A stretch of DNA of 57,337 nucleotides, filler included, from Platydemus manokwari (taxonomy: Eukaryota), in assembly GCA_037951405.1 (NCBI GenBank). It is 6 parts of 6 records of this genome, joined end to end, with 100 filler letters (N's around TTAATTAATTAA, not from the genome) between each part and the next. Parts side by side here need not be neighbours in the genome. Positions count along the whole stretch, not along the records: positions 1 to 8,849 come from JBBMOY011339760.1; positions 8,950 to 19,409 come from JBBMOY011132106.1; 4 more parts are not named here. The stretch is one strand, 5' to 3'. The translations under genes were made by a program, and so were the position numbers. Positions within the stretch are counted from its first letter, which is position 1; each line of letters begins with the position of its first letter. The notes below the pieces were generated by a model. That model did no database searches, was not told the origin of the DNA, and worked only from the letters and a program-made list of their open reading frames with translations. Below, in pieces: positions 1 to 12,501 of this stretch.

Positions 1-1907
1 TTGGCTACAGATTTGGCAGCCACTCTTCTCGGTTGAGTGCACGCAATTTTCTTATTTTTAATTAATCCAGCTTCAGCAATATATTGAGTCATTTGAGTGG
101 TTTTTCCACTGCCGGTCTCACCGATGACAACTAAAACTTGATTCTCCGACACAGCTGCCAATAATTCACTTCGAAGTTGATAGATCGGTAGACTTTGTCG
201 TTGTTCGAGAATAGATTTGTTCAACGTCTGAGTAGATGCTCCTCTACCCCCAATACCGCCCGTTACATATTTTTTCCATTCTGGAATATCACTAAAATTG
301 TTTTCATTTCTATTAACGCGGGGTTCTGTTAACCCATAAGTCTGTTTAGTGACAGGGTCATGCCAATCTTTACTGGTTAATTTTTGAGTTGATACTTTAT
401 TCATTTGTTCGTTCATTTTTTCTTGTTGCTTCATTTCTCGTCTCTGTTTTTGTAATGCAGTTTGCATCATCGCAGCATTCTGCAACGAGCCATCAGGATT
501 TTTTACTATCCTAACAGGAGATAAAGCAAGATTTTCGTTAAATTGGTCTTTTAAAAATGCCGGATCATCTTCTATGATCTCAATTTCAATATCTTCGTCC
601 GATTCATCATCATTACAATATAATATCCCGGTGTCATCATTATAATCAGGATGATCTTTTACTTTCAAAACCCCTGCACATTCCATCTGTCTTAGTTCCC
701 AACGCTCTGGACTTGTCATTCTTTGAATCTTTCTTCTTGTGGTTTGAGGAACGTACTCTTCACTAAGTTCGTTTCTCAAAAAATCTGGCTTTTCTGGATT
801 TCGAAATTTCTCTTGTTGTAATTCATCCAATAAATCTTTACCAGTTTTCTGATCGACGACCTTCATGCTCAGTTTGATTCGATTATTTTCGATTGTCATA
901 ATTTTGACATAAACTTTATCATTTATAGAAAGTACATCCTTTACATCTTTCACATGATATGGACATAGATTCGATATGTGTACCATGCCTTCTACCGATC
1001 CTTGTACCTCTATCAAACGTACAAAGCATGCATTGCTACGCAAATTTACCACAACCCCTTTGTATATTTTTCCTATTTCTGGTCGACTGTGTTTATAACT
1101 TTGTCTGTCAGATCTCTCTAAAGATCTCGATCTACTTCGACGACGACTACGTTTTTGATTGTCTCTTATGTTTGACCCACTTCTCTCTCTTCTGTGTTTA
1201 CGATATTCTCTTGAGTTTGATCTATTCCTTCTGTCTCTTTTGTGATCACGGCGTTCTCTTGAATTTGATCTACTTCTTCGATGTCTTCTTTTATTTCTTT
1301 CAATTTCACTGGAATTAGACCGATGTCTATTCTTCATGTTATTATTTCTTTCGCCTCTTGATGCATAGTTTTTATCACTGATTGAAGAGCTTGATCTTGA
1401 TCTTGGTTTCTGACGTTGATTTGTTTTATCTAAATTCTTTCTTTCCTGTTCTAACACTTCTTTGATTTCTTTGACAGTATCTGGATTGAGCTGTGAAAAG
1501 TATTCTTCTGATGATTCTCTTTCAACTGGAACCGATGGTTGGTTTTCCAGGCATAATTTTGGAAATTTCGATTTTTTTTCATTCAATGTTGGATCTTCTT
1601 CCAGAGATTTTCTGTTATCTATGTTCACATTTTTAGGTTTCAAAACATCCTCATAGTCTTTGAATCCTCCTTGGGGTGTCATTCGTTTGATGATGTCGAA
1701 AATATTTTTCAAAAACGAGACGGGCATAAATTTTCCCGCTCTAGGAACTTTGCTGACGAAATCTTGAGCATTGTCGGATTTCAATGCAATGGAAATCAGA
1801 AATCGAGCTGACAAATTGGATTTTTCTCCCAAATCAAAATGATTTTCAATTTCTCGTGTGATCGTATTTATTAAACTATTGAATTGAATTAAAATTAAAC
1901 CCTTCAT
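1..1907 (-). CDS. DHX8: DEAH-box splicing helicase DHX8/Prp22, N-terminal ~635 aa; ORF runs off the left window edge
   Basis: ATG at 1907 is in the same frame as the motifs at the window edge. It encodes a PWI-like N-terminus ([16 protein letters not shown]), an RS-rich tract (~1130-1420), an S1 domain ([47 protein letters not shown]), motif [15 protein letters not shown] and motif Ia [13 protein letters not shown]. It is missing from the ORF track because there is no stop in the window. Confidence 0.95.
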   Translation of the reverse strand, partial: MKGLILIQFNSLINTITREIENHFDLGEKSNLSARFLISIALKSDNAQDFVSKVPRAGKFMPVSFLKNIFDIIKRMTPQGGFKDYEDVLKPKNVNIDNRKSLEEDPTLNEKKSKFPKLCLENQPSVPVERESSEEYFSQLNPDTVKEIKEVLEQERKNLDKTNQRQKPRSRSSSSISDKNYASRGERNNNMKNRHRSNSSEIERNKRRHRRSRSNSRERRDHKRDRRNRSNSREYRKHRRERSGSNIRDNQKRSRRRSRSRSLERSDRQSYKHSRPEIGKIYKGVVVNLRSNACFVRLIEVQGSVEGMVHISNLCPYHVKDVKDVLSINDKVYVKIMTIENNRIKLSMKVVDQKTGKDLLDELQQEKFRNPEKPDFLRNELSEEYVPQTTRRKIQRMTSPERWELRQMECAGVLKVKDHPDYNDDTGILYCNDDESDEDIEIEIIEDDPAFLKDQFNENLALSPVRIVKNPDGSLQNAAMMQTALQKQRREMKQQEKMNEQMNKVSTQKLTSKDWHDPVTKQTYGLTEPRVNRNENNFSDIPEWKKYVTGGIGGRGASTQTLNKSILEQRQSLPIYQLRSELLAAVSENQVLVVIGETGSGKTTQMTQYIAEAGLIKNKKIACTQPRRVAAKSVA

Positions 1908-2412
1908 TTAAAATTGAGAAATATTATTTATTAAAACAAATAAATTCAATGATTTACAAATTCAAAATTAATCAATATTTGGAAATTTTAATAAAATTTA
2001 ATTTAAAAAAATTAAAAAAATAAAATTTTTATTAATATAGAATGATGTTTTAAATTTTAATAAACATTTTATTAATTAAACATTTTTAAAAATTTTGAAT
2101 TAGAAAACCTAAAAGTAAATACTGTATCTAAGCATTGAAAATCAATATTTATAATCGCAAGCTGTGAAAAACCATTTATATATAATTTTAAAATTATTTA
2201 TAATAAAATTATCATTGTGACAAAATTTTAAAACTCAAACTTAATAAAAATATTAAAATAAACAATCGACATTTTGTGCGATATATCCAGCAGTTTATTG
2301 ATCTCGATCAACGGAAGTTTAAATAATATTTTTAGATTTGGAAAATAGAAATGAATGAAAAAACAAAGTCCATTTATAACTAATTTATAACCACTTTAAC
2401 CATGCTACAACG

Positions 2413-5400
2413 TCATTCCATTTCAGAGTTAGAATTTTTGTTTTTAGGATCACGACTAGACAGAATAGTTTGTATTCGCAAATATCTTTCATCTGTTTCT
2501 TCGAGTTGATTTCCCTGAAAATAGAAAATAATATTTTATTTTGACATCATACGAGTTTGACAGGGGAAATTAATTAGTGATGTGCAATGCAGAGTATGTG
2601 GCAAATCAGCTCGCAAAAACATCAATCGAAATCCTCAAGTAACCCATCACAGACATTGTTCACAATAGGCAAGACACTTGGAAGCCAGTCAGGAATATCG
2701 TAATAATGACGGCTGATTGAATCTTGATCGTCAGTCGATGTATGCAAAGGTTGAAACTCATCAATAAGCCAATATATTTCAGAAAATTATCATTTGTCAT
2801 TTTCGTATCGATAATTTAATGATCACGAAAGATTATCATTCAGATACTGATCTCGTTTCTTATTGTGATTCAATCTTTAGACTTTATAATTGACAGAACA
2901 TCATTATCGAAATAACCCAATAAGTTATTATAGTATTCTGTAATGATTATGATGATAGAACTAATAATAATCGAGATGAGAATAAACCAAACTTCAAAGC
3001 CCTCATGTCAGCCCATACATTCAATATATAATTGACAATGGCTATCAATGGAATTGGGCGTAAATTGGAATTCAGTAATGAAGCAAATATTAAATAGAGA
3101 ATTCGAGAATCTATCCAATACTTATGTGTATATAGGATTAATTACTCAATCGAAGATATTTCAGTAAATTACAATTGCTCAAATCACCAAAAATACGTAT
3201 CTGGGAATCACAGATTGTCATCTAAAAATTAACGATAATCACCCTATATCAATAATATATAATCAAACAAAAATCGAAAGAATATCAATAAAAGAAGCAA
3301 AGGCGATCACTAAGAATTACTGACCATAACAGACTAGGAATGCTTCCCCCGAGTCGAATTTTTATAGGTTGTATCATGTGTATTTGTTTGTTATTCAAAG
3401 CGTTATCTTTCATCGATCAAAACCGTTCGAAAACTGTCAGATGTATGTGATTGGTAATTTTTCTTTAATCTCTTGTATCATTGGTGTATTTCGATGTTTG
3501 TAGCATTTTGTAGATATATATATATATAAACTAAAATCACAATCCAATCAGAGACTGCTAATTTGCAGGCCTCTAATCGTGTACTGAGATATAGATCTAT
3601 TGTGTCTGAGTGTCTACTATTTTCGAGACTGTTCCATTGGTTATGATCTGGATTTCTGGTCAAGTTTCTCTCATGCTTCACCAGTAATTACGTCTACGAT
3701 AACGGCACAACTTTTTAAATTGTTATTGATTCAATTTGCCAACCCCATCACTTTCACAATAATATCAATAGTAATAATAATAGTGATAATAATAATCATA
3801 ATAGTTTATATTAAAATAATTTTACTCACTTGAAGAAAGAGTTTCAACAGTCCCGTTTTATTGATTTTCGAAATAGCCATTGCTGATTGCTGATATGAAA
3901 GAGCAACGTTCAATTCTTCCAATCCTTCTTCTGTTATTCTGTTTCCTGTAATTTAATAGAATTATAAAATTGTCACATATACGGTATGACGTCGTACGGG
4001 ACAGGTTCAAAACGATCAGCATGAAATTTCCATTGATCTGCAATTTCCCCGGTTCTATGGCTTCCACTTTATTCAAAAGAGGATGAATATTATCCATGTT
4101 CTCATTGGCTGTCTAAAATCATTCATCAATCGATTTTTGATGTTATTTCAAATTTTACCTCAGATAAATTATCGATTTGATTTACAGCTTTCGATAATCG
4201 ACCCGATCTGCCTCCTTTTGCTTTTGTTGTCTGTTTGGAAATATCTAGAGCGACTACTGAAATATTAATTAGAATTGACCAACGATATCTGATTAGTAAT
4301 GAAGATCAGTAATCAAATATAAACATGATATACTACTTATAAATATGTATTTATTGTTAGTAATATATGAATATTTCAACAACAGATTTGTCAAATTAAA
4401 TGAATGATTCTGATTGGATATTTGTATTTCTGTCAAGTCCAGATTCAGTAAAATATTTTTTATTAAGTTTTAAAGGTCTTTTTTAAAACGAGATCATTTT
4501 GATAGCAACTGATGAGTGTCAATTAATTTTATTGTTTTATATAAGGACCAAAAATATTTAATTTGAGCTATATATTCAATCAAAGGTGGTCTCTAAAATC
4601 ATTTCCACGTTACTATGGCAACGGTATTATACTGAATGTTGTGTGTATCATGTTCATAATGATTATAATACCTCATTTTAACAAGCCTTGGAAATGAGTA
4701 GAGATTAATTGTATTGATTGATATGATAAAATGTAGCGATATTTATTCCTAATTTTTCAACGAATCATTCATTAATTGATATTATAATTGATTATAATTA
4801 ATTATAAATCGATTTTTATTATAATTCATGTCATACTCATTGTTTACCAGTTAATAGTAACAGAGCTAAATGATGCAATGATAAAATCAAATTAAAATCC
4901 AATTCTGATTAATAAAGGAACAAAACCAACGAACCGTTAATATAATGGTTTCTATGACTCATGTGTAAGCAATATCAGAGAAAGTCTCCGTGGGATTTAA
5001 GGCGGAAAAAAACATTAAGCCAACAAGGCAGCGAATTAAATTTTGGAAAATTTTGATCAATCATAATGAGATAATATCGAAGTCAGTATTGATATTTTCA
5101 TAGTTCAAGTAAAAGCGCAATTTTCACATAAAATTGTGTTATCGTTCCAATACACACATATTATGCTTTACACTAAAAGCATTATATTATCATTTAAAGA
5201 ATTAAGAATGGCCGATATGTGCATTAACGAATTTTAAATTTGTAAGACGGGCTAGAAAATATCATAAAATGTCAGGTACAACAAAGACAAGAATAAACCA
5301 AACATCACAGAGAGATTCTTCCAGTTCACTGGTTTGGTTAATTGAGGCTTCATTTATGTTTACAAAAATCATATCCTCATTTTCCATTGTTTTAATGTAA

Positions 5401-8400
5401 TGAACACTAGTTCCGTTATGAAAGGACAGAAATTAGAATGTCTATAAAACGATGCAAGGAATAATCGGTATTTCAGTCGATAGATGGTTAGCATATGAAT
5501 AACAGTAATTATTTGATTCAACTCAAAAGTTGACCAATGGAATTGCTGATATAAAATTCAAGATTTTAAAGTGTTATTGATTATTATCTAATAAAAGTTT
5601 AAACTTATTCACTTATCGATATAATATAGTTATAACGAATGGATCATTATATTGTTGAACACTGTCCACATGATGAGCCAATAAATCCAATCGATACCAT
5701 TTAATTATATTCAGGAATCAATAAGGTATCTCTGAAATAAATATCCATGTAGACATCACTACAATGTTATGAAATATCGGATTTATTTACTAAGTCGTCT
5801 TATTCGATAATGAAAAGTATAAACATAATTGAGGCTAAGATGCTTTGAGATTGGCTGAATAACTGTTCCATCACATTCTATCAACACTGTGGATTTGTCT
5901 ATAAATAAGCACCATAGATTTCAGCTATGTTTTAAACAACGAAGTAATTCGAATGAGAATCAATTCATTACTTCAAGTTGATTTGAAGAAAATAATAATC
6001 AATGATAATATTATAAATAACAATGAAAATATCGATTAAAATATTATTATCTTTTTAACTAAAAACGAAAAAAAAATCAAACATAAAAATCAAAACCACA
6101 ACAACAATCAAAGAACTTAATCTGGTTTCAAATGAATAGAAAAACAGAGATTGAATCCAACATGAAATCATCATCTCCTCATAATGATAAATAAAACGGA
6201 TGCAAATGATGTGCAGAATCATTAATAATGTGATTCAAGTGAATGACAAGCGATGTGGAAGATGAATTTATTTACCATTGGAGCTGTCTGAATTGAAATG
6301 ATAAATTCAATCACATTTTATAAGAAAATATCATTAGATTCCATCAGGTTGAAATATCAGTGAAAATATTTGATGGATAATAATTATGGACAACATTATT
6401 TCAAAATGGAATTTCATTATCAATCAAATAGCACATTTAATATATTATCAACATAATAAACCATAAAGAACAATACAATTAATTAATGATGAAATTAATC
6501 AAAAAAACAAAGAATAAAATGATAAAGCAAACCTTTCTTAACAGTTGGACTTTTGTCATCTTTTTTCCCTTTAGCGACAGGCTTTTCGTGCTTTTCTTCT
6601 TTCACTTCCTTTAAAAAAACATTTCTGATTTATTGATTTATATTTCAGAAAAAAGTTAACCCATATTAAAATTACAATAATAATTTTATTGATAATATCG
6701 ATAATAATAATATTAATAATAATCACCATTATTATTGTCGAGTGAGATGAAATTCTGCAAAAGAAAAACGGATTTGCACCTTGGAACCATTGTTTAAGCA
6801 CTTTAAATATTTGTATGCCTACACAACCACGCAGCCAATCATAGCAAAGTTAAATGGTAAACAACAATTGGAAAAAGGAGCATAGTTACACAACAACGCG
6901 CACATAGGGATTGACCAATCCCACTCATGCAAAAACTTAAAAACCAATAAGAACATAGAAAAGCAAATATCAAATTACAACATGACACACAAAATTATAC
7001 ATAGATCGCGAATATAAAAATCGATGTAAAGATGGCCAACTGCCTGTTGAAAGCTAAGTTTTGGTTGATATTTTGTGTAAGTGCACTGATTCATACATAA
7101 GAAATATATAATTTGCCTTTTATTTTGGAGTCAAAGTTTCCTCAATTGTATAAATGTATTAAACATTATTATTATTATTATAAATATATAATAATAATTA
7201 TTTTATTATCACTATTATTATTAATTTAAGGATAATAATAATTATTATTATTATTGATATTAATAAAGATTATTTTTATCTAAATAAAATTCTTAATCGG
7301 AAATCTCATTTCAAAAGGCGTTAATTTTAACAAAGCAGCAATATAAAACCAAAATAGACTTTTTTCCCTTTTGTTGCATTTGTCTTCTCTTTTTTATTCT
7401 TTTCTTCCTTGCTTGAACTGCGCACACTGACCGGCCTATCTCTTGCATCACCTCTTCGACTGAGTGGAGGCTAATAAAAAAAACAATGAAAATAATCACA
7501 ACATTTACATCGATATCCAATCATATGAAAGCATAAATAACCAACAAGCACAATATAAGAATAAAATAAACATAAATTGGATTCATGCAAAAATATATTG
7601 TTAGATGAAAATCAGAGGAAAATATAGAACACCAGAAAAATAAAAGAAACAAACACCAGATTTGTATATATTAATATTGATTCAATAAAACAAGCCAATA
7701 AATTGTCCAGACAAAGTAATACCGATATATTTGCTGATATAATACTTTCTCTGCTGTGGCACTAAAAGAAAAGTTGTTTAAATGGTCGAACATAACAAAA
7801 GAATAAAGTGATGAGAAATGCGTTAGTAATAACAAATAAACCGTCGATTTATTAATAATATAATTAGTAGACTATCGATATACAATGTGCCTTTGTAAGT
7901 ATATACCATGCTTACCATTTTGACTTTGGATAGAGCCTTAAATAATCAAATAATTATTCGATCTAAATAAATAATTGAAATTATCGATTGAATTCATTAT
8001 GTATTGATTAATGGAATCGGGAACAAATAATCAAATCACAGTGGGTACACGTGAGAAAGCTCATCTTCATCATGAATTATAGTGTGAATAGATGTCAAGG
8101 CTGGTGTTAGCAGATTATAGATAAGAATAGTTGTGATGAGTGGAGAAAATCATCGAGCAAGTCTCGTAACGAATTATGAAATATAAATGAACGTATTTGA
8201 TCAAGATGACTCATATTATGACTAATGATTATTGATTAATGGAATATGGGTCAAAACTAATGGCATAACACAAAGAGATACTTTACAATTTCAATATAGT
8301 ATATTGAAATATCCACCAATAAAATGAAAGTCAAAATAATGGGAAATTCTGAAAGAAAAATGTATCTAAGGTGCTACACATGTTGAAGGACTGAAGGATT

Positions 8401-8724
8401 AATGGTGATTCTTGTTTTGATCTATCAATGTTTATCAGAAATAATGTTCAGAATGTTTAGATCAAGTTTCACAGCAACTTGAATATTTTTATAAATGAAT
8501 TATAACGATTATCGATAATTTCAAGATTATTTAGTGATGTATAATCAATGAAGATAATGTTGATTCGATAATGTTGACGAATAGAAGAAAAGCTAATTAT
8601 AATCACTGAATATGGTTATAAAAGAATAACTCACTGATTTAGCACTTTCTGATATATTTCTATCCGATATCATTTGTCTTCGAGCAAATATTTCTTCATC
8701 AGTGAGAAAATATCGTGAGATCAA
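2413..8724 (-). CDS. LRRC71: LRRC71-like leucine-rich repeat protein, 3' exons 8724-8635, 7470-7360, 6608-6533, 4256-4159, 4112-3998, 3945-3830, 2514-2413; 5' part lost at the contig end
   Basis: All junctions are GT-AG and phase-compatible. The spliced product is LISRYFLTDEEIFARRQMISDR..PPLSRRGDARDRPVSVRS..(K-rich)..IHPLLNKVEAIEPGKLQINGNFMLIVLNLSRNRITEEGLEELNVALSYQ..GLLKLFLQGN..IQTILSSRDP. This matches the recalled LRRC71 C-terminus (LTHxEVVERR; NPLLE..GN..LxxLNLxRNRITExGL..YQ..GLLxLxL..N..RDP). Confidence 0.85.
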
Positions 8725-8849
8725 CTAAATCAAATAAGAATATCAGAAAATAAATAAAATCCAATAGGATAGAAATGAGAAATATTAAATAAAACACATT
8801 ACTATATGAAGGAAAGCTTTCAGAGTGAAAAATCAATTTCAATAATGAA

Positions 8850-8949
8850 NNNNNNNNNNNNNNNNNNNNNNNNNNNNNNNNNNNNNNNNNNNNTTAATTA
8901 ATTAANNNNNNNNNNNNNNNNNNNNNNNNNNNNNNNNNNNNNNNNNNNN
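8850..8949. other. Artificial contig spacer
   Basis: N44-TTAATTAATTAA-N44; the 12-mer gives stop codons in all six frames. Confidence 0.98.
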
Positions 8950-9242
8950 GGCACTTGGAAATCGGAGAACGAGATCATTCTACGCAAGCTAGGCTTCAAA
9001 AAAGATATATCGGAGAATATACGCTAAGATTGCAAACGGTCAAACATCAAATCCGCGTATCAGCAATGGCAATTCCACCAAGGGAAAGCTATATTACTAT
9101 CGAGGACAAGATTCAGATCAAATGGCATTTCGGACGACGAATATGCGGGTTCTGAGGATGATGACGTGTCCAGAATACTTGGATAGACGAGAATAAACGT
9201 GTGTGAGACGATGAGAATTCTGTGATATTTTGCTCTGCCACT

Positions 9243-9312
9243 ATGTGGTGATGGTGTCGGACACTGTCTGACTTGTATTATAAAAACTGTGTTTTATCAA
9301 AAAATATTTATA
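9243..9312 (+). repeat. ~70-bp dispersed direct repeat, copy 1 (solo-LTR/TRIM-like)
   Basis: The 58 bp atgtggtgatggtgtcggacactgtctgacttgtattataaaaactgtgttttatcaa are identical to 12430-12487, and the match continues after one mismatch. Confidence 0.85.
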
Positions 9313-10663
9313 TATATTTGACATATTTAATGATTGTTGAATTACGTATTAATTAGAATGCTATTAAGATGCTATGCTGTTTATAATCAACTAAAATTAT
9401 AGCTAGACATTAAAATGTAAAAACAAAAAAATTGAAATATAATAAATAAAAATTAAAAAATAAACAGAGACATCACAAGAGATAACATCAGTTAAAAAAT
9501 AGTTTGCAATGACAGTGCAGTTTATACCATTCATTCATTAAACATTATTAGAGTCAGCTAGGGCATCAACCTCTTTAGAAGAATGTAGAATTTGGACCAA
9601 CTAAGGAGATTTACGGAAGTTTTTGAAAAATTTAATATTAATAATTAATTAATTTAACTAATCTTATATTGTCTCAGAAAATTAGTAATCTCCATTTGGT
9701 TTTGGATATTCTTCTTGCTGGTGTTGAGCATCCATCTTCTTGAGCTATGCCCTGTGAATTTTGTCCTTTTCTCGTATTTTTTTAAAAATTTTATGGTTTT
9801 TTGAATTAACTTTATTAATACAAGTTATCATTATTATTTATCTTTACAAAAACTGGAAAATAATATAAGTAACGATTGATCATTGTATATGTGTAGTATC
9901 AAATCAATCTGTTGCAGTGAGACATATAATTCTTCTCGCAACAATCAAACCACATTACTTTAAATCTTTGGAAAATTCAGTTAGTTTTCCGGCCAGTTCA
10001 TCCTCGTAAGAGTTGCTAAAGCTTTCAGAGACCAGAAGTAGTAAACAAAACATTTCACTTACCAAAATATTTAATAATGATAATCAAAAATTTAGATAAT
10101 TGCTATAGTTTTCACATAATAACAAAATAAATTATCGAATACTTTCGACTTCAGACCATTATGACATTAACTATTCTAGATTGCATATACCTAAATCAGA
10201 AATTATTAAGAATACCGTTATCAAATCTATAATATCATGGTATGATGATAACATTTCGCTTTCATAATGTAAGGCGAAATTGTTTGAAAAAATTGGATTG
10301 CAGATGGTTAAGCAAAATCAAATCATCTCATAAGTATTTAATGAAAGGAAATTAAATCAATCTACTGGATAACTAAATTATTTTAATTAAACATTAGAGC
10401 TTATAGTTCTCTAACACTTTAAAATTGAGGTACTAATTATAATTATTTAAAAAACTCCAATTGCAAAAAAATATGTCCATGATAACTATGTTAAGTTTGA
10501 CTGAACTGTTTAGTTGCTTACTTTATGGAGAACATCAAGTAGCATAAATATAATTTCAAATAACTTTAAAACATACGGAAATAAAAATAAAAATTAATTT
10601 TCTAATAAGAAAAGTTAAACATTTGTTTAAATAATAAATTCAAAATTATAAGTTTTCAAAATT

Positions 10664-11860
10664 ATGAGTTATCTGGATAAAGAATTATTAGGAATAAAAT
10701 TAAATTCTACCGGAAGTCATTTTTTTCACTTATACAAAAATGAAGGGAGAATTAAAGATTATAAAGAACGTATGAAAACCAACGTAGAAACAACACGTCT
10801 TAAAGAAAGGCAATTGAATTTCGACTTAAATCGAGCACTAAATTCTTCTGATGACGAAGTTAAAGCAATAAATAACTGCTTTTATAAAAAGAATTTCCGA
10901 TCTAAAAATAAATGGTCAAATTTAATGATGCTGGCAGAATGGTTTATGTTGGTACCAGATGCATTTTATGATAATTATTGCATGAAATTTTGTCCATTTG
11001 GAAAGCACGTACTTTTAGTGTCTCAGAAAGTTTGAACTGTGTTGCATTATATTTATTTAAATTTTTTTTTAGAAAACGACAATGATTTTTAACAAGAATG
11101 GTTCACTTATAACGAGTTTTAAATCATCGCTACCGGGTGGCGGAATGAACAATAGTGCAAACTGTAGTGCTATTTTCGATTGTATATATGATCAGGAGAA
11201 CAAAATAATATATTTCCTAGATATAATATATTATATGCGACAAGATTTTAGAGACATGACTGTAATAATTATAATTATTTTTATTATTAATTATTATTAA
11301 AAAATTATGTTGCAATGTTTTATATGATTTAATGACTTTCAAAATTCAGGCAGAGAATAGGTTCAGTTGGCTCGATAATTATCTCAAACAAGAAATGAGC
11401 TCGTCTATACAGGCCAGTGGCAATGTAGGATCTTAATGACAATCGATTTCTAATTGTTGACCCTTTCATTATAGATCACCTTCGATGTGTTATCGGCATT
11501 TGATTGCAGCAGGAATAATTTGGTGAATGTTTTCCAGGACAAAATTCCATTTCCGGTAAATTATTTCCTATTTTTTGTCCAATAATATTTCATTTGAACA
11601 CACAGCTAGACGGGTTGCTCTTCTATTCGAAGCACGGTGTTTACGTGAGCGGCTCAACATATTCGTCGATGTGGTTGAAACCGTACATGGTGCCGGAACT
11701 GCTGGACATGGACGTGCATGAAGATTATATGGCAAACATGCCCATGGATTACGCAACATATCGAGATGACATCATCAAATACAATGCCCAATATGGTTGG
11801 CAAGAGAATCGCCAATCGGCCGACAAAATTGACGACAAGAAAGAGATGGATTTAAATTAA
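10664..11860 (+). CDS. SNUPN: Snurportin-1 (m3G-cap snRNP import adaptor); exons 10664-11029, 11073-11261, 11350-11424, 11475-11555, 11606-11860
   Basis: Four phase-0 GT-AG introns (43, 88, 50, 50 nt). The motifs LMMLAEWFMLVP..CPFGKHVLLVS, SSLPGG, IFDCIY..YFLDI, ENRFSWL and LDGLLFY..YVSGST..WLKPYMVPELL match the snurportin cap-binding domain. Confidence 0.92.
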
Positions 11861-11885
11861 TTTTTCCAAATTTTGTATTTTTCTT

Positions 11886-12006
11886 CCGATGAGGGTCTTT
11901 TGAGTCCCGATAGCTTTGAGTTTTATCTATTTTTTCACGTATTTGGAAATGTTTGATAAAATGTGTTTTGATTGGTTACAGCTGATTGGTTAGATATGAT
12001 TGGTTA
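11886..12006 (+). mobile_element. Possible Penelope-like element remnant (degenerate hammerhead-like motif plus 3x TGATTGGTTA)
   Basis: cCGATGAG-ggtc-ttttga-gtcc-CGATA-gct resembles CUGAUGAR-stemII-GAAA. TGATTGGTTA occurs at 11969, 11983 and 11997 (14-bp period). Confidence 0.35.
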
Positions 12007-12429
12007 ACGATAAATTGATTTGAGCAGTCAGATTTACGTTACAGGTTTTCGCTACACGGTATCTCATGATCATGTCAGCTCTTTCTACACGCCGATATTT
12101 TGGTTTTGAACTGCTTGTGTGTGTAGTGTTTATAGTGTGTGTATATATGGTGATATGAGATATAAAATAAAGTTTTATTGTTGATTAAGATAAAACTAGT
12201 TCAAGCTTCAATGTGAGATGATTTCAATTTTATTACAAATAAATAAAATTTATGCTTTCAATAATTTTTTCTTCATTTTGTTTAAAATACCATTTTTTGA
12301 ATTATTTATTTTTAAATTTAACTACATACAGGCAACATAAACACATTCCAGTAGCCCATCAGGTGCCTTCAAATTATCATTCCCTGATTTAGACTTGCGT
12401 ATTCAATTGATTCAAATCAACAAAAGGTA

Positions 12430-12501
12430 ATGTGGTGATGGTGTCGGACACTGTCTGACTTGTATTATAAAAACTGTGTTTTATCAATAAATATTTATAC
12501 A
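12430..12501 (+). repeat. ~70-bp dispersed direct repeat, copy 2
   Basis: Matches 9243-9312. This copy runs TGT...ACA and contains TATAAAA and AATAAA. Confidence 0.85.

Noticed and set aside
959-1656. Plus-strand ORFs 959-1318 and 1462-1656
   Set aside because: Antisense shadows of DHX8.
8894-8905. TTAATTAATTAA palindrome recurring about every 9-10 kb
   Set aside because: Always centred in 44 N on each side, so it is an artificial six-frame-stop linker. Adjacency across these spacers (e.g. the two lectin genes, or the two Buster fragments as one element) has no biological meaning.
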